Source: a virus. Taken from it: 64,000 nucleotides of DNA. The stretch spans positions 1 to 64,000 of IMG/VR virus record IMGVR_UViG_3300043409_001318; one strand, given 5' to 3'. Made by a program: the position numbers and the translations under genes. Positions 47,745 through 55,459 of this stretch are shown one piece after another. Every line of letters starts with the position of its first letter. The stretch's first letter is position 1. Below the pieces are notes generated by a model that saw only the letters and a program-made list of their open reading frames with translations, had not been told where the DNA came from and did not search any database.

Positions 47745-47979
47745 AACAGGTGATCTTGTAAGAACAATAGGTCATTGGGATGGTTGGGTTACCCTTGGAA
47801 TTGCTTATAGTTATGAAGATTGGTTAGAAGCTTCAAAAGAACAAGACAGCGAACACAATAGGCGTTATGTGTATATACAAACCATTTCGGGCAAGCAAGT
47901 AGAAAAACACCCAGAGTCCGGTTATGAATTAGGTGGGTTTTACCCAGATAATCTTGAAAGAATTTCCACAACGGAGTAA
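47731..47979 (+). CDS. SH3/KOW-like microprotein
   Basis: MKIFRTGDLVRT; likely true start of track ORF 47563. Confidence 0.55.
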   Translation: MKIFRTGDLVRTIGHWDGWVTLGIAYSYEDWLEASKEQDSEHNRRYVYIQTISGKQVEKHPESGYELGGFYPDNLERISTTE

Positions 47980-48116
47980 AAATGGAAAAGAAGATGCGCG
48001 GATCTTATGTAGATGGTTCTTATGTTCCAGCACAAGAGGAGCAGGTAGTTGTTAAGGTTATTAGTCTTAAAAATCCAAAGACGCTTGACAATAAAGATAA
48101 GAAGTAATAAGAGGGA

Positions 48117-48575
48117 TTGATGGAAAGAGAAGAATGGAAAAGTAATTTCACAGAAGAAATGAGAGAATATTTTTATCGTGCTCTCTTTTTCCATAAGAAG
48201 GACCATAGAAATAAGAAGAATTCACTTAACAGAATTGTATATAAATATATAATTCCTAAACATGAATTAGAAAACATAGAATATTATAGTATAATCCCAA
48301 CTGAAGGCGAATATAAAAGAGTAATAACAAATCGTAATTTTGTTAAATACTGCGAAAGAAGAAACAAAAGATTTAATGTTGGCGATTTGGTTTGGTATAT
48401 GTTACACTATGGTCCAAGTAAAGAACGTGTCGCTATCGTTACAAATATACGAGATTATTCAAGTGGTTGGATATACACCATTAAATATATTGCTAATGGT
48501 GATGAAGTATCAGTATCCTCCGATGGAGTTATAGGTGTTGAAGCCAGAAATCTTGATAAAGAAAATGACTATTAG
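48117..48575 (+). CDS. Hypothetical protein with C-terminal SH3/KOW-like domain
   Basis: RFNVGDLVWY...AIVTNI...YTIKY; TTGACA promoter at 48085. Confidence 0.6.
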   Translation: MMEREEWKSNFTEEMREYFYRALFFHKKDHRNKKNSLNRIVYKYIIPKHELENIEYYSIIPTEGEYKRVITNRNFVKYCERRNKRFNVGDLVWYMLHYGPSKERVAIVTNIRDYSSGWIYTIKYIANGDEVSVSSDGVIGVEARNLDKENDY

Positions 48576-48652
48576 AAACTCCTTGACTTTGTTAATAAAA
48601 GTGTTATATATAATTGTTGGCTATTTGATAGGTTTGGCTTATAGAGGTTTTG

Positions 48653-48880
48653 TGGGTTAGGGATTAGATAGACTTTAAATATATATTTGTTTAGGTTGTA
48701 GGCTACTATCAACCTTGTTACCTCCAAACACTAGGTTTAAATCTAAGGGATTACCTATTAATTCCTGTTTGACGATTTAAACTGAAGTTGGGTTTGTGTG
48801 GAAGGGCAGTAACGTAAATTAGAATGTAGCTAGTCCGAGAGTAACAAAGATACTCTTACTTTTATCTAATCCCTAATCCA
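48653..48880 (+). ncRNA. Candidate structured non-coding RNA (about 230 nt)
   Basis: 20-bp closing helix 48653-48672/48861-48880 plus three internal hairpins; ORF-free; TTGACT promoter at 48583. Confidence 0.6.
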
Positions 48881-48900
48881 TTTTACTACATGAGGTTTAA

Positions 48901-49425
48901 ATGCTGGAAGTTATTTGTGGTGGAATGTTTGCCGGTAAATCCGAACTTCTTATCCAAAGACTAAATCGAGCTGGATATGCGAAGAAGAATATTATTGCTT
49001 TTAAGCCAGCAATAGATAATCGATATTCAATAACCGAAATTGCTTCTCATTCGGGACATACCTATAAATCAGTAGCAGTTAAATCGGCTACTGATATTAC
49101 CGATTACATTACAAATGATATTGATGTAATTGGAATTGATGAAGCACAATTCTTTGATGATTATATTATTGAACTTGTTGAGATATTATCCAGCAAAGTT
49201 GATATTTATGTAGCAGGATTAGATTTAGATAGTGCTGGTAAGCCGTTTGGTAGTATGCCTTACTTGCTTGCTATCGCTGATAAGGTTACTAAGGTATCTG
49301 CCGTCTGTATGAAGTGTGGTGCTGATGCTACACGTTCTCAAAGACTTGTTGATAGTAAAGAACAGGTTATGGTAGGAGCAAATGGAACCTATGAAGCAAG
49401 ATGCCGAAAGTGTTGGACCCCCTAA
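48901..49425 (+). CDS. tdk: Thymidine kinase
   Basis: GGMFAGKS, FKPAIDNRY, IDEAQF, AGLDLD, CMKCG, YEARCRKC. Confidence 0.97.
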   Translation: MLEVICGGMFAGKSELLIQRLNRAGYAKKNIIAFKPAIDNRYSITEIASHSGHTYKSVAVKSATDITDYITNDIDVIGIDEAQFFDDYIIELVEILSSKVDIYVAGLDLDSAGKPFGSMPYLLAIADKVTKVSAVCMKCGADATRSQRLVDSKEQVMVGANGTYEARCRKCWTP

Positions 49426-49639
49426 ATATTCTCTTGGTCAAATAGTTGTAGCAGATCTTTCACTTGATAAGGTTATTGGTTATGTTATTGAAGTCCAAGA
49501 AGATAACTTTGGAAACTTTAATGGATGGTATAAAATATATGATCTTTATGCTGGAACATTTCCTCCACAATTTGAAGCAAAAGAGGATTGGATAGAAACC
49601 TATGAAGAATTTTCAGATCGGAGACATTCTAAAATATAA
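49382..49639 (+). CDS. SH3/KOW-like microprotein
   Basis: KYSLGQIV...IGYVIEV. Confidence 0.5.
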   Translation: MEPMKQDAESVGPPKYSLGQIVVADLSLDKVIGYVIEVQEDNFGNFNGWYKIYDLYAGTFPPQFEAKEDWIETYEEFSDRRHSKI

Positions 49640-49817
49640 TAAGGGAGAGTATATTATTAATTACTTTCTTGTTGTTAATAGAACAGAAATCAAATCTAAT
49701 CTTCATCATGCTGGATATCTTGTCGAGTATAAGATAAAGAACATGGAAACAGATGGAATTAATATTATATTTAGTGATGATAAAGTTATAAGCAGATTTG
49801 TGAGGCAAAATGAATAA
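49602..49817 (+). CDS. SH3/KOW-like microprotein
   Basis: MKNFQIGDILKY. Confidence 0.6.
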   Translation: MKNFQIGDILKYNKGEYIINYFLVVNRTEIKSNLHHAGYLVEYKIKNMETDGINIIFSDDKVISRFVRQNE

Positions 49818-50013
49818 TCAAATTAAACTTGGTGATATCGTTCATGTTGCGATGAACCCGGATATTATGGCTTACGTCACAGATATTCGTAGTCAAAAAG
49901 ATACACAAGAAGCATTTAAAAATCTATACTATGTTGAGTTTTTTAGTGGTCCCCTTACAGAAGGAAAGCATGTAACTTATTATTATGCTCACGAAATTAG
50001 AAAGGTTACTTAA
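49810..50013 (+). CDS. SH3/KOW-like microprotein
   Basis: IKLGDIVHV...YYVEFF...RKVT. Confidence 0.6.
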   Translation: MNNQIKLGDIVHVAMNPDIMAYVTDIRSQKDTQEAFKNLYYVEFFSGPLTEGKHVTYYYAHEIRKVT

Positions 50014-50303
50014 TGCGCTGGAGATATGGAATAATTAAAGATACAAAAAAGCATAAATCAAAAGAATACACAGAATATTTTATTGGTGAAGTATATTATA
50101 CTGATGATCCAAATAAAGCAACAATGTGTTCCGGTGAAGGATATTTCCCCAGCATTGAAGAAGAAGCAATACCTCAAACAGAAGAACAAATTATTGAAGG
50201 ATTTAAGAAAGAAATCCAAAAGATTTTAAATGATATTGAAGGCAACAAAATAATTGATGCTGATGGTCCATTTGATAGATTGAAGAAGAAAGAAAGACCT
50301 TGA
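50013..50303 (+). CDS. Hypothetical protein
   Basis: TAATG-coupled; WRYGII...IGEVYY. Confidence 0.6.
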   Translation: MRWRYGIIKDTKKHKSKEYTEYFIGEVYYTDDPNKATMCSGEGYFPSIEEEAIPQTEEQIIEGFKKEIQKILNDIEGNKIIDADGPFDRLKKKERP

Positions 50304-50347
50304 CGATCTCTCTAAACTGATTAAGTAGAAGAAGAAGGAGAAAGAAA

Positions 50348-50650
50348 ATGACCATTGACCTTGAGGATATCGAGTCACGCATCAAGCACACTTCCGAGAA
50401 CGACTATGCGTGGTTGCTGGGCACGCACGGGGGGGCTGCGCTCGTCGCGGAGGTGGAGCGTCTACGTCTTGACCTTGCTGATATTGAGCACGCCTATAAA
50501 TTTGCTTGCGATAAGGCAAAGTTGCTGGAGCGTCAAGCCGTGGTGGCGTGGCTGCGGGAGGAAGGTTCGATCAACAGTATACTATCACCGCTGAAAGGTG
50601 CAGCCGACGAGATCGAACGCGGCGACCACCTTAGAGAGAATGAAAAATGA
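50348..50650 (+). CDS. GC-rich hypothetical protein
   Basis: AEVERLR; ERQAVVAWLR...IERGDH; own promoter and RBS. Confidence 0.65.
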   Translation: MTIDLEDIESRIKHTSENDYAWLLGTHGGAALVAEVERLRLDLADIEHAYKFACDKAKLLERQAVVAWLREEGSINSILSPLKGAADEIERGDHLRENEK

Positions 50651-50811
50651 ACATCGACAACACCGAACAGATTGGGGCTGATCGTGAACGTCAAGCAATT
50701 GTAATATTTCTGCGAGCAAGTGCGAAAAGCCGTGCAACAGGATCAGAAATAAGATTACTTCAAGATCAAGCAACGCGAATTGAACGAGGAGAACACCAAA
50801 ATGAAAGTTAA
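50647..50811 (+). CDS. Small paralogue of the preceding ORF's C-terminus (not in track)
   Basis: RERQAIVIFLR...IERGEH; ATGA overlap. Confidence 0.55.
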   Translation: MNIDNTEQIGADRERQAIVIFLRASAKSRATGSEIRLLQDQATRIERGEHQNES

Positions 50812-51016
50812 AGCAACTCTATATATTCAAAAGATAATTTGGATTGAACATCAAGTAGAAGTAGAAGCATATAATAAAGATGAAATCAATAATGTAATTG
50901 AAGATGCTTTTGGTGATTGGTCCGATAAACAAGAAGATAATAATGATCCAGCAGTATCTTATGAACTTGATGATTATGGTTGGGAAGACCTTGACGAGAA
51001 CTTCAGCAAGGGATAA
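50801..51016 (+). CDS. Acidic hypothetical protein
   Basis: GAGGAG RBS before ATG 50801. Confidence 0.55.
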   Translation: MKVKATLYIQKIIWIEHQVEVEAYNKDEINNVIEDAFGDWSDKQEDNNDPAVSYELDDYGWEDLDENFSKG

Positions 51017-51039
51017 GATAGAAACATGAAGGAGAGAAG

Positions 51040-51129
51040 ATGCTGATCCTAATGATGTTTGCTTGTCTTATCCAAGATCGTTATATAAATCACGATACAA
51101 CAGAATTTGAGGATACCGCGACTGAATAA
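51040..51129 (+). CDS. 29-aa lipoprotein-like microprotein (not in track)
   Basis: MLILMMFAC...; TTGACG-N17-TAAGAT at 50991-51019; AAGGAG RBS. Confidence 0.45.
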   Translation: MLILMMFACLIQDRYINHDTTEFEDTATE

Positions 51130-51195
51130 AGAAAGTTAAAGAAACCCTTGACGAGAGACAACGAAGAGGGTACATTGAAAGGGTGAGGAGAAGAA

Positions 51196-51408
51196 ATGAC
51201 CGCTATCCAAATCGCAGACCTAATTGACCTTGTTGTTGAAACTTCTGTTGATGGTGCTAAATGGACTGATACTGAAATTCAACGATTTTCAAATCTTAAT
51301 CGTGCTCTATGGGATTTAGCGCATAAAAATAATATTAAGAAAGAGGTTGATTTTATTTTATATGAACGCTCTGTGCTTAAAGTGATAAAATCTCTTGACG
51401 CTCCTTGA
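51196..51408 (+). CDS. Hypothetical protein
   Basis: TTGACG-N17-TACATT at 51148; GAGGAG RBS. Confidence 0.6.
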   Translation: MTAIQIADLIDLVVETSVDGAKWTDTEIQRFSNLNRALWDLAHKNNIKKEVDFILYERSVLKVIKSLDAP

Positions 51409-51431
51409 TAGAGTGGTTAAGATAGAGAAGG

Positions 51432-51455
51432 AAGCAGAGAGGTTCAAGTCCTCTC
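51432..51455 (+). repeat. T-arm-like 24-bp repeat, copy 1
   Basis: AAGCAGAGAGGTTCAAGTCCTCTC, just downstream of TTGACG-N17-TAAGAT. Confidence 0.8.
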
Positions 51456-51800
51456 AACTGAATAATGCCTGTGCCTATGACAGTTAGAACAGAGAAGAAC
51501 ACACTTATCAAGTTCTGCTATCATAGTTTCAAGCTTAACAATTCTCATTTTGCTCCAATCAATATCTTTTGAAGCAGGATCTAAATGATGAAAATCGTAA
51601 ACATATGGAGGATAAACTTGGTTACAATCCAAACATTTTCCTCCTTTGTAATTAATAGCCCATTCGCGTCTTTGTTTCCACTTATCGTTTGAAACTTTGT
51701 CTTTACAAACTTTACAGTGACTATAAACACCTTTTTTTCTATCTTTTTGTTTATAGAATTCGTTAATATCTTTTTCTTGATTACATTTAGTGCATAGCAT
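51444..51800 (-). mobile_element. HNH endonuclease, the only convincing minus-strand gene
   Basis: CTKC, CKVC, CLDC, DFHH, LCSNCH; GGAGG RBS and ACTATTTA (51818-51825, minus strand) upstream of ATG 51800. Confidence 0.8.
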
Positions 51801-51907
51801 TTTATTGCCTCCACTAATAAATAGTAGGATAGAAAGAAAACTTCTCTCCAAGAAAAGAAAAAAAGACACTTGACAAGCGAAACGAGACACAATAGATTAG
51901 ATAGTGA

Positions 51908-51931
51908 AAGCAGAGAGGTTCAAGCCCTCTC
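51908..51931 (+). repeat. T-arm-like 24-bp repeat, copy 2
   Basis: AAGCAGAGAGGTTCAAGCCCTCTC, just downstream of TTGACA-N17-TAGATT. Confidence 0.8.
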
Positions 51932-51937
51932 GTTAAT

Positions 51938-52014
51938 GTGGGGATAGCTCAAATGGATAGAGCAAAAGTTTTCTACACTTTAGGTTGAAGGTTCAAGTCC
52001 TTCTCTCCACGCCA
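51938..52014 (+). tRNA. tRNA-Arg(UCU)
   Basis: Cloverleaf folded by hand; loop TTTCTAC; encoded CCA. Confidence 0.92.
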
Positions 52015-52081
52015 CTTTAACAATATGCTATACCGATTATGATGCTTTTAAAAGCTCGTTTAAACCAACTGTAAACATTAT

Positions 52082-52158
52082 CCACCTTTAGCTCAGTTGG
52101 TCAGAGCAATAAGCTTATATCTTATCGGTCCCCCGTTCAAATCGGGGAAGGTGGACCA
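52082..52158 (+). tRNA. tRNA with UAU anticodon (Ile)
   Basis: Stem ATAAG/CTTAT, loop CTTATAT; CCA. Confidence 0.9.
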
Positions 52159-52221
52159 ATCAGCTTGAAACTACTTGACACCTTTGCGAAGCGTGTTAAA
52201 GTATAGGCAAGCAAACAGTAC

Positions 52222-52307
52222 GGCTCCTTGGTGGAATGGTATACACAGCAGACTTAAAATCTGTCGCCCTCACGGGCTTGCGAGTTCAAGTCTCGCAGGA
52301 GCCACCA
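52222..52307 (+). tRNA. tRNA-Leu(UAA)
   Basis: Loop CTTAAAA, long variable arm, CCA. Confidence 0.93.
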
Positions 52308-52313
52308 CTTTTT

Positions 52314-52400
52314 GGGAAGATGGTGTAATGGTAGCCACGACAGACTCAAAATCTGTTGCTTAACGTAAGCGTAAGGGTTCAAGTCCCTTTCTTCCCACCA
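52314..52400 (+). tRNA. tRNA-Leu(CAA)
   Basis: Loop CTCAAAA, long variable arm, CCA. Confidence 0.93.
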
Positions 52401-52406
52401 CATTAC

Positions 52407-52492
52407 GGAGAATTAGTCTAATTGGTAAGGCAACGGATTTGAAATCCGTCGAGGTAAAACTCTTACACGTTCAAGTCGTGTATTCTCCGCCA
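52407..52492 (+). tRNA. tRNA-Ser(UGA)
   Basis: Loop TTTGAAA, long variable arm, G73, CCA. Confidence 0.93.
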
Positions 52493-52497
52493 TTTTA

Positions 52498-52573
52498 GGG
52501 ACGGTAGCTCAGTTGGTAGAGCAAGGGCCTTTTAAGCCCAAGGTCGTGGGATCGTGCCCCACCCGTCCCACCA
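52498..52573 (+). tRNA. tRNA-Lys(UUU), atypical T-loop
   Basis: Loop CTTTTAA; T-loop ATCGTGC; CCA. Confidence 0.88.
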
Positions 52574-52579
52574 CTTTTT

Positions 52580-52655
52580 GCCTGTATAGCTCAGTTGGTA
52601 GAGCACTATCTTTGTAAGCTAGTGGTCACCCGTTCAAATCGGGTTACAGGCTCCA
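52580..52655 (+). tRNA. tRNA-Thr(UGU)
   Basis: Loop TTTGTAA; one anticodon-stem mismatch; CCA. Confidence 0.9.
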
Positions 52656-52660
52656 CATAC

Positions 52661-52735
52661 GGTCCCATCGTCTAGTGGTTAAGACTCCAGCTTTTCACGC
52701 TGGCAATCGGAGTTCAATTCTCCGTGGGACTACCA
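52661..52735 (+). tRNA. tRNA-Glu(UUC)
   Basis: Loop TTTTCAC; CCA. Confidence 0.93.
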
Positions 52736-52739
52736 TTTT

Positions 52740-52815
52740 GGCACTATAGCTCAGTTGGTAGAGCAAGCGTTTCATACACGTTCGGTCACTTGTTCAAATC
52801 AAGTTAGTGCCACCA
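52740..52815 (+). tRNA. tRNA-CAU (probably elongator Met)
   Basis: Loop TTCATAC; paired G1-C72, so not initiator; CCA. Confidence 0.85.
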
Positions 52816-52828
52816 TAAAGTTAATTAG

Positions 52829-52913
52829 GGGAGCATCGCATAGCGGCAATTGCAAGGGACTGTAAATCCTTTCTCATACGAGTTCGTTGGTTCGAGTCCA
52901 ACTGTTCCCACCA
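52829..52913 (+). tRNA. tRNA-Tyr(GUA)
   Basis: Loop CTGTAAA, long variable arm, CCA. Confidence 0.93.
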
Positions 52914-52919
52914 TTTTAT

Positions 52920-52996
52920 TCCCGATTAGCTCAGTTGGTTAGAGCAACGGACTGTTAATCCGTGGGTCGTGTGTTCAAATCACACATCGGGAGCCA
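52920..52996 (+). tRNA. tRNA-Asn(GUU)
   Basis: Loop CTGTTAA; U1-A72, G73; CCA. Confidence 0.93.
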
Positions 52997-53016
52997 TTTA
53001 GAAAAAGAGAAATAAA

Positions 53017-53652
53017 ATGTATGAATTTCTTAAAGAAGTTAGGGAACTTAAATATACTTCTAATTCATATTCGGACGCAAAGCATGAAAATGAAGTAAAA
53101 AACTTGTTAATTAAGCATGGATTTTCTGAAAAAATCATAGATACTAAAAAGCTACCTGTTATGGCTATTCGTGACTCTTTACTTGAAGAAGAACAAACAT
53201 ATATTGATATTATACAAAATAATGAATTTGTATATCAATTTTGTGGTAAGAATGATTCACCAGATTTTATTTTAAAGTTAAATGATAAATTTTATTTTAT
53301 AGAATGTAAAACTAATAAAAGTGCTTCGTTCCCTGTATACAATAGCGGAAAACCAAAGCAAAAATATATATATATTTTTAGTAGTGGTAAATATAATCAA
53401 ACAACTTTCTTTTGGGGTAGAGATATAATAACAAAAGAAAAAGATCGTCTGTTTTCAAACCTAATAGAAAAAATAAATAAAACGATCAAAGAGACTGAGT
53501 TAGATCCTGCTTGGGAAGATGATGTTGGACTTGGTTTCTATTGTAGAGCGATGTATCATCATATTGGTAAATCTGATAAAACTGATTATATTAAACATAA
53601 GTATAGAACAACCCGTGAGGAAAACGTACTAAATGAATTCTTACAAAATTGA
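53017..53652 (+). CDS. PD-(D/E)xK nuclease, probable type II restriction endonuclease
   Basis: SPDF...FIECKT...YNSG; overlaps the MTase gene. Confidence 0.65.
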   Translation: MYEFLKEVRELKYTSNSYSDAKHENEVKNLLIKHGFSEKIIDTKKLPVMAIRDSLLEEEQTYIDIIQNNEFVYQFCGKNDSPDFILKLNDKFYFIECKTNKSASFPVYNSGKPKQKYIYIFSSGKYNQTTFFWGRDIITKEKDRLFSNLIEKINKTIKETELDPAWEDDVGLGFYCRAMYHHIGKSDKTDYIKHKYRTTREENVLNEFLQN

Positions 53653-54481
53653 AAATGGTAACTGTTTGGAAGTTATTAAAAATCATCAAGATGAAAGTTT
53701 TGATGCCTGTATAACTGATCCGCCATATGGTATGGGAATGGAATTTTGGGATCATTCAGTACCATCTGTAGATATTTGGAAAGAAATTTATAGGGTATTA
53801 AAACCCGGTTCTTTTTGTCTAGCTTTTTGTAGCCCTCAATTATACCATAGACTAGCTCTTAACATAGAAGATGCTGGTTTCAAAATTCAAGATCAAATTA
53901 TGTGGATGAGCACTACCAAAATGCCAAAAGTAAATAAGCTAAAACCAGCTCATGAACCTATTGTTGTAGCTCAAAAACTTTTTAGTGGAACTATAGAAAG
54001 CAACTTTAATAAATATGGAGTTGGTAAAATAGATATTGAAAGTGTTAGAATACCTTGGGATAAAGAACCTCCTAAAAATTGGGTAGCACAAGGTTCTAAA
54101 CGTAGAACTTTTGGGAAGCAAGGTAATACAAAAGGTGGTGCTGATATCTATGGAAAGGTGGATGCTAATATTAACGGAAGATACCCTTCTAATATTGTTG
54201 GCGAAACTCTGTCTGAACATCAAAAATATTTTTATGCTCCAAGAGTAACATCAAAAGAAAGACTAGAGTTTAACGATCATCCAACTCCAAAACCAATTAG
54301 CTTAATGGAATATCTAATAAAGATTTATTGTCCAAAAGATAAACTAGTATTAGATCCTTTCTGTGGTAGTGGCTCCACAGGTATTGCCGCTCTCTTAAAT
54401 GAAAGAAATTTTCATGGTATTGAAATGGAACAGAAATATTGTGAAATAGCAGAAAAGAGAATAGAAAACTATCTAAATTAA
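53633..54481 (+). CDS. beta-class N4C/N6A DNA methyltransferase
   Basis: ITDPPY, HPTPKP, VLDPFCGSGST. Confidence 0.93.
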   Translation: MNSYKIENGNCLEVIKNHQDESFDACITDPPYGMGMEFWDHSVPSVDIWKEIYRVLKPGSFCLAFCSPQLYHRLALNIEDAGFKIQDQIMWMSTTKMPKVNKLKPAHEPIVVAQKLFSGTIESNFNKYGVGKIDIESVRIPWDKEPPKNWVAQGSKRRTFGKQGNTKGGADIYGKVDANINGRYPSNIVGETLSEHQKYFYAPRVTSKERLEFNDHPTPKPISLMEYLIKIYCPKDKLVLDPFCGSGSTGIAALLNERNFHGIEMEQKYCEIAEKRIENYLN

Positions 54482-54542
54482 AAGAAGATTTAATTAAAAC
54501 ACCCCATTTAAAATCTGTTTAATATAAATTTAAATTAATAAT

Positions 54543-54580
54543 AAAACCCCTTAATCACAAAATGGTTAAGGGGTTTTTCT
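54543..54580 (+). terminator. Rho-independent terminator (possibly bidirectional)
   Basis: AAAACCCCTTAATCA/TGGTTAAGGGGTTTT. Confidence 0.8.
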
Positions 54581-54591
54581 TTTTATCCCCC

Positions 54592-54619
54592 TTGACTTCT
54601 TCTTCAGCCACGATAAGAT
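54592..54619 (+). promoter_or_regulatory. sigma70-like early promoter
   Basis: TTGACT-N16-TAAGAT. Confidence 0.6.
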
Positions 54620-54625
54620 TGAAGC

Positions 54626-54826
54626 ATGATGAAAAGAAAGAACAGGTTTGATGTTGGAGACATTATCAAATTTAATTCTACACATGATTTGTCTAGTTAT
54701 TATTATCTAATTGTAGGAGAAGAAACAGAGAATTATTCAGACAATTATTTAGTTCTTTGCTTTGGTGATGGTTATGAATATCCTCTTGAAAAAAGCAACT
54801 CTCACTTCTATGATAAGGTGTCCTAA
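54626..54826 (+). CDS. SH3/KOW-like microprotein
   Basis: RFDVGDIIKF...KVS*. Confidence 0.65.
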   Translation: MMKRKNRFDVGDIIKFNSTHDLSSYYYLIVGEETENYSDNYLVLCFGDGYEYPLEKSNSHFYDKVS

Positions 54827-55050
54827 TGCTTCAAATTGGTGATTTGGTTGAATTAGTAAAACATATTGCTCTAAAAAATCAAGACCGCTATAAGGCTGAC
54901 CAACTCTATAAACCTTCTAATGTTTATGGACTTATTACTAAAATCTCCAGCGGTTATTATGATAACAAAGTAAACTATTATACCGTTATGTGGCTTACAA
55001 CGGGCGATAGTTATAAGTATGAAGCAGAAGAATTAGTAAAGGTATCATAA
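54826..55050 (+). CDS. SH3/KOW-like microprotein
   Basis: MLQIGDLVELV...YGLIT...YTVMW...KVS*. Confidence 0.7.
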   Translation: MLQIGDLVELVKHIALKNQDRYKADQLYKPSNVYGLITKISSGYYDNKVNYYTVMWLTTGDSYKYEAEELVKVS

Positions 55051-55253
55051 TGAAGTATAAAATTGGTGATATTCTTTGTTATGAAGATAAATTTGAAAAT
55101 ACTATTGTTGGTTCAGTACATTTTCTTATTACTGATGTGGATGTGGACGAAGTGCTATATTATTTTATGTGTCTTGATGAAGAAGTTGATCCAAATGCGT
55201 CATATAGTATAACTTTTGTTGATAGTTCCCCAAAATGGAGGAAGGTATCATAA
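55050..55253 (+). CDS. SH3/KOW-like microprotein
   Basis: MKYKIGDIL...KVS*. Confidence 0.7.
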   Translation: MKYKIGDILCYEDKFENTIVGSVHFLITDVDVDEVLYYFMCLDEEVDPNASYSITFVDSSPKWRKVS

Positions 55254-55459
55254 TGAAGTATAAAATCGGAGATATCTGCTATTATCGTGGATATCTCGCA
55301 AAAATTCCAAAATATGTTTTAATTGTTGATGAAGTAAGAGAGGGTCTTAAAGAAATGATATTTTTGGAAGATGGTTATAGATTTGTCGGCAAAGAACTTT
55401 ATTTATTGCCCCTTGACTTCCTTCGAAAGATTGATAAGGTAGAAGAAGAGGAAGCCTAA
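55253..55459 (+). CDS. SH3/KOW-like microprotein
   Basis: MKYKIGDICY...PLDFLRKID. Confidence 0.7.
   Translation: MKYKIGDICYYRGYLAKIPKYVLIVDEVREGLKEMIFLEDGYRFVGKELYLLPLDFLRKIDKVEEEEA

Noticed and set aside
48653-48880. tmRNA or RNase P identity for the structured RNA
   Set aside because: No acceptor stem, T-arm or CCA, and no GAGGAAAGUCC; the short GGCTTATAG and AGTCCG matches are in the wrong order
51432-51455. Additional tRNA genes at the T-arm repeats
   Set aside because: No D-arm, anticodon arm or acceptor stem around either copy
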